Virus record (IMG/VR): IMGVR_UViG_3300030329_004627
Direction: 5' to 3' (one strand)
DNA from: an uncultured virus (IMG/VR IMGVR_UViG_3300030329_004627)
Lineage: Duplodnaviria > Heunggongvirae > Uroviricota > Caudoviricetes
DNA: 64,000 bases
Shown: piece by piece, positions 1 through 11,388 of the stretch
Layout: each line of letters starts with the position of its first letter
How positions within the stretch are numbered: position 1 is the first letter of the stretch
Position numbers and translations under genes: made by a program
Notes under the pieces: model-generated
Database searches by the model: none
Told to the model about the DNA's origin: nothing
What the model saw: only the letters and a program-made list of their open reading frames with translations

Positions 1-3000
1 GCCGCGGGAGAGCTTCAAAATACGTACAGTTCATATTTAAGCGGCGCAGGAAGCCAAGCCTATGGCGCTGGCGCTGTAGCTAATAGAGTACAGACTTTAT
101 TTCCTGCTGCTCTTTATGCAAGAAAGCAACAACTAACTACACCAACATCAGTTGTTTGTTCTAGCGGTATGAAAATCCCCGAAACAGGTTCTCAAGCTTT
201 TAGCAACTCACCTTTCAGAGCTGCAAGTCAACGCGACATGTCGATGGCTGGCGAAGCAGTTTGGGAGGCCGGCACTTTGGCTGGTGTAATCAGAAAAGTT
301 GGAACCAACAATGTTAATACATTTATAGTCTCTCAAAGTTCGCCATGGTATAATGATTATGCAGAGTTTAACTCAGATTTAAAACTTAAATCCCAGGGCT
401 TCTCCACGGTTCCTGAATTTATTATCAGTAATCACATTACTGATTATTTAGAAACAGGTGTTATTAATAATGGAAAATCAGATACATTTGAAATAGTGGG
501 AACTAACACAAACAGTTCCACAATTACTAATGGTACTGCTTCGTTTTATATTGATTATTCAAACTCTGATTTCTTGCAAGATTTCATGAATATTAAAGCT
601 GAAACACTATTAAAAGCTAAAGAAATAAAATTAGTCTGCAGTGCGTCGATTAAGTTCATGCCTTATAAAGGATTTTATCCAGCGGAAAGAACACTTCAGC
701 TGGCAAATCAATTTAAAACAGATTATGTAGATGGAATAAGAGGCTCCTGTAAAGGAGGTACTGTTGGCGGCTCATCTTTAGAGAAAACAGCTACTGGCAA
801 CGCATTACTGCATCTTTCCGGTGGTATGGCTAAGCCGCTACTTCAGCCGTTGTTTGCTCCTGGTATTTTGTATAACGCTATTAAATCTGGCATGGCGGTG
901 GACTGGCCGATTGTAGATTCGCCAACTAAGTTCATTAAACATTTTTATGGCAACCCAAATACTACTGATTTCAAAAACGCGTCTAACTGGGCTATTACAC
1001 CTCGCACAGGTTCGACACTTTATAGTCCAGGCGCCGCCGGATCTGGCGACAATACGGCATATGCCAGATTAAATCTTAATAGAAATAAAACATTTTTTGA
1101 TCGTCGATTGCCGTTTGAGACAATTATTTATCCCGAGCAATATTTGCGCGGTATTGATTTATACGATCTCGACAGCCACCCGTCTAGTTCAATGTTGGAT
1201 ACTACATCCTCATGGGATGGTTCCGCTGGCCCGTCTTACAGCTTAATGACTCGTAATTTTCTTGGCGGTGTTGCAAGTTTTTACTTACAGCAATCTGCTT
1301 TTACTAGATTAGAATCTCAGCCTGTTAGAGATGAAATGGAATTTAGCTCTGGTGAAGTTTACATGGCCAGGTTGAAAATATATCGCTCTATGACAGGATC
1401 TCGCGATTATAGTCGTGAAAGCGGATCTTATAACTTTTTTGGAGCTAGCGGCAGCGCGTTTACAAGATATGGAGCAGCTGCCCTTTCGTCTTCGACTGCC
1501 GATCGGGTAGTTTATATTACTGGCGCCAGCTATCCATTACCGCAAGATCCTCAAAAAGCAAACTATAGAGAAACGTTCACGATGTATAGTAGACCATCGG
1601 CTTTTGGTCCTGATATAGCTGGCCTTAGTTGTGGTCATTATGCTTCGGCTTCATATTATTCATCAAGTGTTGGTGGTACGATTTACGATAGTTTTACTGG
1701 GCATAATCCAGCCTTTACTCCTCCTTATTATGATGGTCAATCTTGGGTCGACTTTATATTCAGACCCAAAGGGAACACGAAATATAATCTTGCTAAAATT
1801 TTATCAGAAACTACAGCTTCGTTTTTAAGATTTGATGCGGGCTATGTTAGCGGTGCACTAAGACAATCTTCGTCGCTAGGTATAGGAGGCCCAGACTCTG
1901 TAGCCGGCGCATCTGGCGAACGCACACCACTTATATTTACCAATAATGATATAGTCAATCCTAGTGCTGTTGTTACGATCGCTCCACAAACTTATCCGTT
2001 GATAAGTATTTATAGCGGAGTAAATATTAATAAAAACTCTATGCAAGCTAGCGCGAGTTTTAACTTATTTGGCGTTGAGTCTGTTGACCTAGTTGAAACA
2101 GATAAATTTGGTGCCGAACTGTTGAGTAGAAATACGACAACTGCTCAAAAATGGATCATTGAGCCAAAATTTGAAACTCCTATGCTCAACTTCAATGATT
2201 TGGGCGCCAGACAATTAACAAGCTCAGAGATTTCAATGCCAACGTTCGGCTCTGCGTCGGTCCCTAGGGGAATGTGGCACCAATTTGGAATCATCGAGCC
2301 AAATCCAAACAAAGGAATATTTATGGAAATTGGCGATATTCCAAACCAATGGTTAAAATATAACCATTTAGTTATCAACACAGGTAGTGTTTATAATGAA
2401 TTTGACCCCACAGAAGGAACAAGTGTATCAAATAATGCAAAATCGCTGAGTACATTATTGGGGTTTGATTCTAGTGGCAATAAAGCCAGATTAGGCGAAC
2501 TGAAAGACAGTTTGATAGTCAAAGAAGCTGTAGTTGCGGTTCCCTATATTGTTACAGCTGGGCCTACAACAGCTAATAAAACTTCTACTAATGAAACCTC
2601 TAAACAGTTTATAAGTATTCCGCAAGAAAGATTCGAAGCCGCGCTATCTAATACAGTTGGTAGCGCAACTGGCGATTCATTAGAAGCCGCCGGCACTTCA
2701 ATCAGGAGACAAATAGATAAAATGAAAGATTACATAATGCCTCCTGAGTTTGATTTTGTTACAAATCGAGATCTCCAGCCAATTGCGATGTATATTTTTG
2801 AGTTTGAATTTGCATTTGATAAAGATGATTTATCTTATATGTGGCAAAATCTTTCTCCTCGCAATAAGAAGTTTAGTTTAGATTATGCTGAAGTTGGCCA
2901 TGAGCTTCTCACCACCGAGCTTCTATCTGAACAAAACCTTTCAGATAATGAATATTTGCGCTGGATGGTGTTTAAAGTTAAGCAAAGATCACAAAGCGAT

Positions 3001-3387
3001 TATTACGATTATATAACAACTCCGGCTGGCACTGTGCCGTTTACAATCGGCAGAAATACAGAGGATGCTAGCACAGGATATAATCTTGCATATAACTGGC
3101 CATATGATTTTATGTCCTTTATTGAAAGAATCAAAATTGATACCGAGATCTTGTATTCTGGCGACGGCCGCACAGACTCAACAGGCGCCTCAGAAGTGAC
3201 AGACTCAGCAAGCGCCGCGATTCAAGCTCAAACATCTACAGCAGGCACTGCAACAGCAACAGGTAATAGAACTCTTGCCACCCCGCTTGCTAGTGCTAAT
3301 ACAAGGGCCGGCAATAATTCGGCACAAGCCGGCTCGCAAAATTCAAGGGCCCCGGCCGGCCAAAGTAACACGGAGGTTGATTACTAA
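1..3387 (+). CDS. Large putative virion structural (baseplate/tail-associated) protein, 5'-truncated
   Basis: Frame 1 is open from base 1 (AAGELQNTYSSY...) into the listed ATG at 169, so the gene starts upstream of the window. Ser/Gly/Thr-rich. TAATG-coupled to the next gene. No specific family recognised. Confidence 0.55.
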   Translation, partial: AAGELQNTYSSYLSGAGSQAYGAGAVANRVQTLFPAALYARKQQLTTPTSVVCSSGMKIPETGSQAFSNSPFRAASQRDMSMAGEAVWEAGTLAGVIRKVGTNNVNTFIVSQSSPWYNDYAEFNSDLKLKSQGFSTVPEFIISNHITDYLETGVINNGKSDTFEIVGTNTNSSTITNGTASFYIDYSNSDFLQDFMNIKAETLLKAKEIKLVCSASIKFMPYKGFYPAERTLQLANQFKTDYVDGIRGSCKGGTVGGSSLEKTATGNALLHLSGGMAKPLLQPLFAPGILYNAIKSGMAVDWPIVDSPTKFIKHFYGNPNTTDFKNASNWAITPRTGSTLYSPGAAGSGDNTAYARLNLNRNKTFFDRRLPFETIIYPEQYLRGIDLYDLDSHPSSSMLDTTSSWDGSAGPSYSLMTRNFLGGVASFYLQQSAFTRLESQPVRDEMEFSSGEVYMARLKIYRSMTGSRDYSRESGSYNFFGASGSAFTRYGAAALSSSTADRVVYITGASYPLPQDPQKANYRETFTMYSRPSAFGPDIAGLSCGHYASASYYSSSVGGTIYDSFTGHNPAFTPPYYDGQSWVDFIFRPKGNTKYNLAKILSETTASFLRFDAGYVSGALRQSSSLGIGGPDSVAGASGERTPLIFTNNDIVNPSAVVTIAPQTYPLISIYSGVNINKNSMQASASFNLFGVESVDLVETDKFGAELLSRNTTTAQKWIIEPKFETPMLNFNDLGARQLTSSEISMPTFGSASVPRGMWHQFGIIEPNPNKGIFMEIGDIPNQWLKYNHLVINTGSVYNEFDPTEGTSVSNNAKSLSTLLGFDSSGNKARLGELKDSLIVKEAVVAVPYIVTAGPTTANKTSTNETSKQFISIPQERFEAALSNTVGSATGDSLEAAGTSIRRQIDKMKDYIMPPEFDFVTNRDLQPIAMYIFEFEFAFDKDDLSYMWQNLSPRNKKFSLDYAEVGHELLTTELLSEQNLSDNEYLRWMVFKVKQRSQSDYYDYITTPAGTVPFTIGRNTEDASTGYNLAYNWPYDFMSFIERIKIDTEILYSGDGRTDSTGASEVTDSASAAIQAQTSTAGTATATGNRTLATPLASANTRAGNNSAQAGSQNSRAPAGQSNTEVDY

Positions 3388-4481
3388 TGGCAGTATTTTT
3401 AAATAAAAAAGAACAGGTTTATGACTTAAAGCTTACTTCCTATGGCAAAAGACTTCTTTCTAATGGTACTTTTAAACCAACTTATTATGCTTTTTTTGAT
3501 GATAACATATTGTATGATGGACAGTATGCTGGCATTACTGAATCTCAGAATGACATTCATAAAAGAATAAAAGAAGAGACTCCATACATTGAAGGATTGG
3601 TTTTGTTTCACAACATTGATTCAGATACGTCATTGATAGGAAGTACAGAGGACACAGATTATGCTGCAGCTGATGCCGAGACACCGGGAAGTTATTTTCT
3701 TGGAGATGTAGAAGCTATAGAGGTACCGTTGAGCAGAGAATCTAAAAGATATGATCAAATGATTGGCGATGCTTTTTTAGAAGGCGATACTAATGTGGCT
3801 CCTGGATGGAAAATCGTCTCACTAGATGGAGGGCGTATTCTTTCTTCTTCGCAAGAAGAGGTAAAAAATAATCAAACAATTTATAAAATTCCTCAAGTTA
3901 ATGTAGAATTAAACTATCAAAAAAAGATTGTTCCTTTTAATACAGCGGATATGCTTTTATCGGAAGACATTAGAGACTTTGTGTATATGTCGCGCCCATT
4001 TAAAGATCGACATGCAGTCCAGTTGATACCTGATAATTTAATGTTATATGTCGAGGAACTTAATACGGCGCTCTTAACTGAAAACTTTGATCTTGAAATT
4101 TTTGAAATCGTTTCCGGCTCTACAAGCGACACACTTAAAAGAAAATATTTTCCAAATAAACACACAAGCATTAAAGGCGGCATGATACCTGACAATTATT
4201 TAGATTTAGTTAAAATTCAAGAATACTTTCCTGATCGAGGTCCCCCTATACCATCATTGGTAAGCGCTGAAAATATAACTACTTCTAGTGTGAGCTATTA
4301 CTTTGTTGTAAATCAAGATAACTTTGTTGATAGAAACATTGCATGCAGATCTTTAGACGTATACAATAAAAAATCATACTATATTGATGTAGATTTTGAA
4401 TGCGATGAAGCCGAGTCAGAAGATGAAAGAGCTTTTGTTGATATTTATGGAGAAGTTACGGAGCCTGAAATATGTCAATAG
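3387..4481 (+). CDS. Putative baseplate/tail-collar-like structural protein
   Basis: N-terminus (YDLKLTSYGKRLLSNGTFKPTYYAFFDDNILY) aligns by eye with those of 11389 and 12457 (LDAVLT.(I/L)GRKRM..GNF.I.KFA.GDDEI.Y). Confidence 0.5.
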   Translation: MAVFLNKKEQVYDLKLTSYGKRLLSNGTFKPTYYAFFDDNILYDGQYAGITESQNDIHKRIKEETPYIEGLVLFHNIDSDTSLIGSTEDTDYAAADAETPGSYFLGDVEAIEVPLSRESKRYDQMIGDAFLEGDTNVAPGWKIVSLDGGRILSSSQEEVKNNQTIYKIPQVNVELNYQKKIVPFNTADMLLSEDIRDFVYMSRPFKDRHAVQLIPDNLMLYVEELNTALLTENFDLEIFEIVSGSTSDTLKRKYFPNKHTSIKGGMIPDNYLDLVKIQEYFPDRGPPIPSLVSAENITTSSVSYYFVVNQDNFVDRNIACRSLDVYNKKSYYIDVDFECDEAESEDERAFVDIYGEVTEPEICQ

Positions 4482-7423
4482 ATTTTGGAGAAAACATTAA
4501 CTTAACATTAGGCAGGCATTTGCCAGTTCCATATGTTGACAAAGTTAAAATATATACTGATTATATGCAAATAACGCTGGCTGTATATTTTAACTTGCCA
4601 CCTGAAAAATCTATCAAAGAGCACTTAGATAGTCTCTCAGATATAAAATTCTATTGCAGTCCGATGTTAGAAGGCTATAGCTCGCGCGTCGACGCATATA
4701 ATAACGATTTTACTCTTCTTAATGCTGATGGATTCTTGTCGCCTGTAAAAAGAATAATTTCTTCAAAAGAAAGTATACTAAAATACGTCCCGACAACATA
4801 TGATACATTTATATTCCAACAAACTCTGAATATGGGGGGAGGCGATGTTTTTTACGCAGATGATACTGTGTCTATTTTTCCAACGTATAGGGCAAACGCA
4901 TATGTGTCTGGCGAGCAAGCTTATTGGGCCATGGAGAGAGAGCTGTCAGAGTTCGAATATGCGAGCAAACAAATTGTAAACAATCAAAAAATATATAAAT
5001 ATATTACAACTTTTCCGCTTCGATTTACTTTGTGGAACGATTACTCTATGTGGCGCCCCAGCTTGGAGTTTTTGAATGCATTAAGAAGCAATCTGACTTT
5101 ATTTGCATTTTCTTCTGCTATTGATTTAAATGTTGATGATTTTTTTACTAGAATACAAGCATCTGTTTTGGACAATATTGGAATCGGCCAGCTCTATAAA
5201 GCTTCGATATCAGGCCTTTCGTACCAGCAAGTTTTTAGTAACGGCGCCCCCATTGAAGAAAAAACTGTTTTATATATGACTGAAGGGGGCACCGCTTATT
5301 ATAACATTCCTATTCAAACTATTGACGGAACTTTCTACACTACTGAAAACGTAACATTTGAGCAAATGACAACATCTTTTTCGCAATTTATAGGCTCAGT
5401 TGCCGAAGAAGACTTTCAACAAGCAATTAACAGTCTTGCTTATATACTAGCTACATTTAAAGAGTCGAATGAGCTATTGTTGAAATTAAACGAATATAGA
5501 GCTACTTTCCCAATGGGTGTATCAAACACTTCTTTAAATGCATGGTATAGAAAAGTATCAAATACTATTTTAAGATTAAACAATCAAATCAAAGAAGAGG
5601 AGTCTTTTTTGTCGAGATTTTTGATATCAACGCCTGTAGTCATAGACATGAGAGAAAGAGGAGATGTTTCGACCTGGACTCGCCCTGACTATTCTGATAT
5701 TGGAACTTCCGAAGAAGACGACTATATCTACGTTAAAAATATGATCATGCACAGGAATGGCGTTTTTGATAATCAAAATCCAGAAGCTCAAGCTATGGAA
5801 TCTTTTGCAGATCAAGAATCTTATGTTTCATTTGATGAAAGTTTTGTTTTGTTTGATTATGAAAAAGCTCTTAAAACTAAAAGCGTGCTATCAAAAGTGT
5901 TTGACATTGGAAAGATAGAGCAATTTTTTGGAAAATCAATAACCAATGAACATTTTAAACTTGATAACATAAAGCTTTTCAGATATCAGTGGGACACTGC
6001 TGTTCCGCCCACTTTCGAAGGCAATGGGCTTCCTTCTTCGGGTGTGTCACTGTTGTTGGCTCATACGACACAGTACGCTAGCACTTTAGAGGATACATAT
6101 CCTGGTTTCGACAGCTCGTTTCTTTCTACTTATAGCGATGTTTTTGATGATGCTGTTAAAACATCCTTTCCCTTAACATATTCAGAACCTTCAGTATCCA
6201 CAGTGACTTATTATCCAAAATTGTTGTTAAGAAATTTCAATACTGCAGCTGGATTAGGCGACTATCGAATGATGTGTTTTCAAACTAGTCACATCTTAGG
6301 AAGCGATGGGGGATATCATCTTAGCAACAGAGATAATGACTTTATATATATGGAAGCAGGCCTGCGAGATTATACTAAAGAAATCTACAACACACTTACA
6401 TATGAATATGTTGTAAAAGGCTTTGAGCTATTAAAATATGTTGGAGCTGCCAATGAGTTTTGCAGCTATAATAATATTGACGGCCAATTTAATGATTTTT
6501 TCGGCATTGCCATGGCAGAAGAATATCCAGACACAGCCGCCGCCCCATGGATTATCGCTCCGCTATTATATAATTTTCATTTAGACTTGCTATACAATAT
6601 TTGGAATGGCGATAGAGATACTATTGTTTTAGAGGCTATTAAGATTAGTGAACAAATATCGCCTGAATCTGGCGATTTAGAATACCTGCAAAATTTTAAT
6701 GATAGATACACTTCTCTATTTTCGCAACATTATGGAGAAACCGAAGGCGTAGTTCGTTCAATAATGGATTCTTCTTCTGAGGCAGAAGATCTTAGCTTTG
6801 GAGGCACAGGAAACATTTTTTATCCGCTACCAGATGTAGACTTCCAAAACTTAGTACAAACTTATACCACTGAAGATTACATGATGTCGCAAATACAAGA
6901 ATATTATGATATAATGTGGGAGTCTATCAAACATTATATGAACAGGGTTCAGCTCACCGGTGAGACCACCACCGTTGACATGGACGGTCTTTTTGGCGCC
7001 TTATTTGCTACTGATTCTCGTCGCGACAATCAACTTGGAGTGTTTCCGTCTGTTTGGAACATATTAGCAACTTATGGCGCTATAGAGGGAGATCCAGACG
7101 GCGACAACGGAGAGTACGATCAAGTAAGAATAGCAAATCTTTACTACAGTAAAGTAGCTGAATATTTTGCTGAAAACAGATATGTTGCAAACACTTTAAA
7201 GGCAAGTGATGCCATTGATCAATTAAATGAATCTGGCCAAAGTCAATACAACAGTGGCGGCACGGGCTATATGACTGGAAACCCGCCAGAAGAGCCGCCT
7301 GGATCAACAATCCAGGTGGTTGGTGATATTCTGTTAAATTATTTTAATTTAAATAAGGGCTCGGACTTGCCCGATGGCACTATGAAAGATTACGTAGAGT
7401 TAGTCGTTCAAAATGTTATGTAG
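4472..7423 (+). CDS. Large hypothetical protein (983 aa), probably virion structural
   Basis: Long acidic ORF overlapping the previous gene, in a structural operon. No recognised motif. Confidence 0.5.
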   Translation: MSIDFGENINLTLGRHLPVPYVDKVKIYTDYMQITLAVYFNLPPEKSIKEHLDSLSDIKFYCSPMLEGYSSRVDAYNNDFTLLNADGFLSPVKRIISSKESILKYVPTTYDTFIFQQTLNMGGGDVFYADDTVSIFPTYRANAYVSGEQAYWAMERELSEFEYASKQIVNNQKIYKYITTFPLRFTLWNDYSMWRPSLEFLNALRSNLTLFAFSSAIDLNVDDFFTRIQASVLDNIGIGQLYKASISGLSYQQVFSNGAPIEEKTVLYMTEGGTAYYNIPIQTIDGTFYTTENVTFEQMTTSFSQFIGSVAEEDFQQAINSLAYILATFKESNELLLKLNEYRATFPMGVSNTSLNAWYRKVSNTILRLNNQIKEEESFLSRFLISTPVVIDMRERGDVSTWTRPDYSDIGTSEEDDYIYVKNMIMHRNGVFDNQNPEAQAMESFADQESYVSFDESFVLFDYEKALKTKSVLSKVFDIGKIEQFFGKSITNEHFKLDNIKLFRYQWDTAVPPTFEGNGLPSSGVSLLLAHTTQYASTLEDTYPGFDSSFLSTYSDVFDDAVKTSFPLTYSEPSVSTVTYYPKLLLRNFNTAAGLGDYRMMCFQTSHILGSDGGYHLSNRDNDFIYMEAGLRDYTKEIYNTLTYEYVVKGFELLKYVGAANEFCSYNNIDGQFNDFFGIAMAEEYPDTAAAPWIIAPLLYNFHLDLLYNIWNGDRDTIVLEAIKISEQISPESGDLEYLQNFNDRYTSLFSQHYGETEGVVRSIMDSSSEAEDLSFGGTGNIFYPLPDVDFQNLVQTYTTEDYMMSQIQEYYDIMWESIKHYMNRVQLTGETTTVDMDGLFGALFATDSRRDNQLGVFPSVWNILATYGAIEGDPDGDNGEYDQVRIANLYYSKVAEYFAENRYVANTLKASDAIDQLNESGQSQYNSGGTGYMTGNPPEEPPGSTIQVVGDILLNYFNLNKGSDLPDGTMKDYVELVVQNVM

Positions 7424-7447
7424 TATTAAAAAATAAGGAGAGCAAAA

Positions 7448-8005
7448 ATGCCAGTCAACAAGTTTACCAAGTCAGACCTTAAAAACAAAAATTTTACAGC
7501 TGAGTATACGATCAAAAGAAACAAAAGAATAGTAAGTGGTAAAGTCGTAGACGGCGCCCGCACTGACTCTGCTAAAGTTTTAAAATCAATAGAGTTTTTT
7601 CAAGCTAATCAAACTATGGAACCTCAAAATAGTGATGTTACTGTTAATGATAAGGCACGCAAAATGATTGAATCGCTTGGTCTTTCGTTCGTTGATTCTT
7701 CTAACTCTTCTGATTATTCATTGCTAGATGGAATGAGAGATAAAGGAAATATTTTAAGCAATCCAAATATTGTTGATATAAATAAGCTCAAAACAATGGA
7801 ATCAAAACGTATACCAACGAGTGATAAATTTCCAGATCATAACGACGCTTTCTATGTTCTCGATGAAGAGCCATCGCAGGCAGTACAAAAAAGAAATCAT
7901 CAAGCTGTGCCTAAAACGAATAATACAATAGGTATAGCCGCCGCTTTTTATGAAATAAATGTAGTTAATAGTAGTGAAAAAACTTTAAAACAGTTTAAAA
8001 AATAG
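7448..8005 (+). CDS. Hypothetical protein (185 aa)
   Basis: ORF preceded by TAAGGAG Shine-Dalgarno. Confidence 0.55.
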   Translation: MPVNKFTKSDLKNKNFTAEYTIKRNKRIVSGKVVDGARTDSAKVLKSIEFFQANQTMEPQNSDVTVNDKARKMIESLGLSFVDSSNSSDYSLLDGMRDKGNILSNPNIVDINKLKTMESKRIPTSDKFPDHNDAFYVLDEEPSQAVQKRNHQAVPKTNNTIGIAAAFYEINVVNSSEKTLKQFKK

Positions 8006-8014
8006 GAGATTTTT

Positions 8015-8698
8015 ATGGGACTTACTTTAGATCCAGGAAGTATAAGCAAACAAGATTTAGTTGATTCTGATTTTGGAGGCCCAGGAGAAGAGGAAATAAC
8101 ACCAGCCGCTTTGCAACAAATAGTTGAAGAGCAGATTATAGGTGACGGAACTATCGGCATAATAAATTCTATCAATAATCTTTCCTCAAATGGGTTTTAT
8201 GAAAGTCCAGATTTTGTGGTTTTGTATGATTACTCTGATTCAACAGTTGAAAATCTTGCTGATAGTGATGTTGCGATTGTTGTCGAAACGTATCCATATA
8301 TATCCACTTACGATGACCAGAATGAGTTTATTGAACTTTTTGGAACAATGAGCGATTTTGACGAGCCAGTAGTAACTGAGGGTGATTTCTTCAACGACGC
8401 CGGAAATCCTGTTGAATATACGGCATCATATTCGTCAAATGAAATAAGCGGACTTAAAGAAAGATTTGGATTTACAAACACTTTTTCAGAGTCTATTTAT
8501 AGCAGCGTTATCGGCTCTCTTGCGGAAGAGGTTGTTCAATCTTCTGCAATGAGAAGATTTATATTTACACAAATCAAACCCGAAAGGCTTTCCCAAAATA
8601 ATTTTTCATCTATGTCTACAACAAAATCTTTAACAACTATTTTTACTAGTTCTGCTGGCGTTTCAGCAACCGCTGGTACTACTCAAACAGGTTATTAA
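8015..8698 (+). CDS. Hypothetical acidic protein (227 aa)
   Basis: ORF preceded by AGGAG. Confidence 0.55.
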   Translation: MGLTLDPGSISKQDLVDSDFGGPGEEEITPAALQQIVEEQIIGDGTIGIINSINNLSSNGFYESPDFVVLYDYSDSTVENLADSDVAIVVETYPYISTYDDQNEFIELFGTMSDFDEPVVTEGDFFNDAGNPVEYTASYSSNEISGLKERFGFTNTFSESIYSSVIGSLAEEVVQSSAMRRFIFTQIKPERLSQNNFSSMSTTKSLTTIFTSSAGVSATAGTTQTGY

Positions 8699-8699
8699 C

Positions 8700-11373
8700 A
8701 TGGCAACATCATTAACTAGAGATAGCGTATTTGTATCTACAGATATTTTGACAGGCTCTGGCGATCCATTGAGAAATTATTTTCAAGCAATTTTTTTAAC
8801 AGTTGAGGGTGAAGAATCTTCCGAACTATCATTTGTTGATTTTAAATCAGAAACGGATTCTACCGGCGATTTAACTGCAGATTCATTTAACGCTGTAGTT
8901 TCTAGCATATTGGCGCCAGAAATCGCCACTACAGGTAGCTCGCTTATTATTTTTCCTACGTTGAAAACGTCGTATCGACTTATTGGAAATCCTGATAATA
9001 TAGAAGATGATGAAATGTGGCGAGCTAAACTACTTGGGGGCTCTTATGGAACATCGTCTTATGCAGAGATTATCAAAAATGGAACCTTTAACTCATCAAA
9101 ATGGAATTTAAGTTTGCCATACGAACTGCTAGATCTTAAAAATATTGTAGGAGAAGATTATTCAGATTATAAATCATGCAATCTGTCATATGAATATAAC
9201 TATTATTTTTCTGAATATCAGCGTCATGTAGAAAATTTAGAAAGTGAACTTTATATACCAAATTTTTATAATATGCTTGTTTATCCAGAAAGATCTGGCC
9301 TGATGAACGAAAATATGAGAAATTTTATAAGCGTAGAAGATACAGCATTTTATGAAAAAGTTTTATTCGAGCCACAAAAAACAAGATACTTGCCTTTGTA
9401 TGATTTAAAAGAAAGTGATACCAGGAATCGAGTTATTTACATGGACAAAACAGTTAATTTTAAAAACTATATAACATCTTCCGTAATTGAAAATGAATTA
9501 TCTGCCTCTACTGAAGGTTATTTAAACCTGGCAACACAAAACTTGTTGTTTAACTCTAACTCTCAATATTTATTATTTGACAAATCGGTCACAAGAAATG
9601 TGACAAAAACAATGCCATATTTAGCTAAGTTAAGTATCCCGGTTGATACCCCTTTAGAGCTGTCTAAACTGATTCAAGAATCTGGGTATGAAAATCATTT
9701 ACTTATGGCGATTAAAAATGCTTTCGTCGATGGAGTGCCTGATTCTTATGCATATACAGCTGAGTCAATGAGAGTTCTTTTTGATTCGGATAATAATGTG
9801 GCGGATATATCTAATACGCTCGATTCGCCTCTTAATGGTGTAAATTTTTATAATTTGATTTTAACTTCTTTAAGAAATGCGCCATTTACAAACTTACAAA
9901 ATTTTGATTTAATGGGCGGCTTGGATTCTGTGAGAGAAGAGCTGATAAATTCAAACGGCACTTATCGATATCAACATACATTGCCGGCCCTTAGAATGCT
10001 TAATTCTTTAAATGATTTTATAGAATCTAGTGGTGTGTTTTCATCTGATACATATCTCGGCGATGGCAAAATGTATTTATCAGAGATGTTAAATTTGGCC
10101 GATGAAACTAACCATAGCGAAATCGTAGCGTATAGGATCTCTAAATCAAAAGTGCTCAATGGCAATGTAACGCCGGTGCAAAATTTTATCTTTTATAATG
10201 GACAAGATATATCTAATGCCTCTGATGATTTCAATACCTTGGTGTTCTATGATTCGCAGGTTAAATATGGAGAGACATATCAGTATGAAATATTTGCTTA
10301 TGTTATAGCGGTTTCTACAGATTATCGCTNNNNNNNNNNTTAGCATCAGTAAGCAGTTGGCAGAGCCTGACATATCTTCTGGTGACACTAACTATTGTTT
10401 ACAATTTTATAGCGCAGAAACCGGAGCCCCAACATCGAATATTTTCGGTGAGGCAGTACATGATTCTTCAGTGTGGGAATATGATAGTTCAGTGCTTTCA
10501 GGCTCTGCGATTCAAGATACTATTGTAAGCTCACAGCATCCATATTTGGCTGATTTTAGTTTATCGTTTGAGCCGTCTGTTAGATTATTAGAAATTCCAA
10601 TATTATTTAAGCCTCTAACTGTCCTTGATAATCCGCCGTCTACTATTGATATTACACCTTTTCAAAGAATGAATAACTCTCAAGTCATTGGTTTTTATGC
10701 GCAGCATGAATCTTATTCACCAAAGAAAATATCTGAACCATTAGACTCACAGCAAGTTGTATATAGTCAAAATTATTTAGAGTCCAACAGTCTGCTTATA
10801 AATGACGTTATTCCAAACAGCAGTGTTTCCAAGCCAACTGCAGTAAGAATTTATAGAATGTCAAAAAGACCAGCAAGCATATCGGACTTTAGCGAGCATT
10901 TTGTAAAAGAAAAAATGTTAAATATTAAATCATCAGAGTTTAAATTGTCCAATTGTTTTTACGAAGAGAAAATACCGACAAATCAAAAAATCTATTATTT
11001 ATTTAACTTCAGAAATGAAAATAATGTAGTTGGTCACAATACTTTGATTTATGAATGCGAACTTGTAGACGACGGTGGATATAAATATGCGCTATTTAAT
11101 ACGCTCACAGAATCTGATTTATCGTCTCCAACTACAAGTGAGCCTTCTTCTCCTTTCAAAAAACTTATTGAGTTTTTGCCTACAACTGCGCAAGTTACAA
11201 TGGACGATACTGAGGTTGACTATGATAATAATGCATACGAAGAGTATGATAAATTTACCGTAGGGCAGTCAGATGATTCAATATTCGGCAAAAAATTCAA
11301 ATTTCGTTTAACATCTCGTAAAACAGGTGAAAAAATAGATATAAATGTAGTATATAACATTAAAGATGCATAA
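8700..11373 (+). CDS. Large structural protein with fibronectin-III-like motifs; probably one gene spanning an assembly gap
   Basis: The 8700 frame is open up to the N-run at 10330-10339, and the 10357 frame is open immediately after it (SISKQLAEP...). FN3-like signatures: EIVAYRISK...FYDSQVKYGETYQYEIFAY and VRIYR...EEKIPTNQKIYYLF. Confidence 0.55.
10330..10339. other. Assembly gap (10 N)
   Basis: Run of N. Confidence 0.98.
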
Positions 11374-11388
11374 TTATTAGAGATAAAA

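Noticed and set aside
10330..10357. Apparent gene break or frameshift between 8700 and 10357 ORFs
   Set aside because: It coincides with a 10-N scaffold gap of unknown true length. Both sides are open up to the gap.
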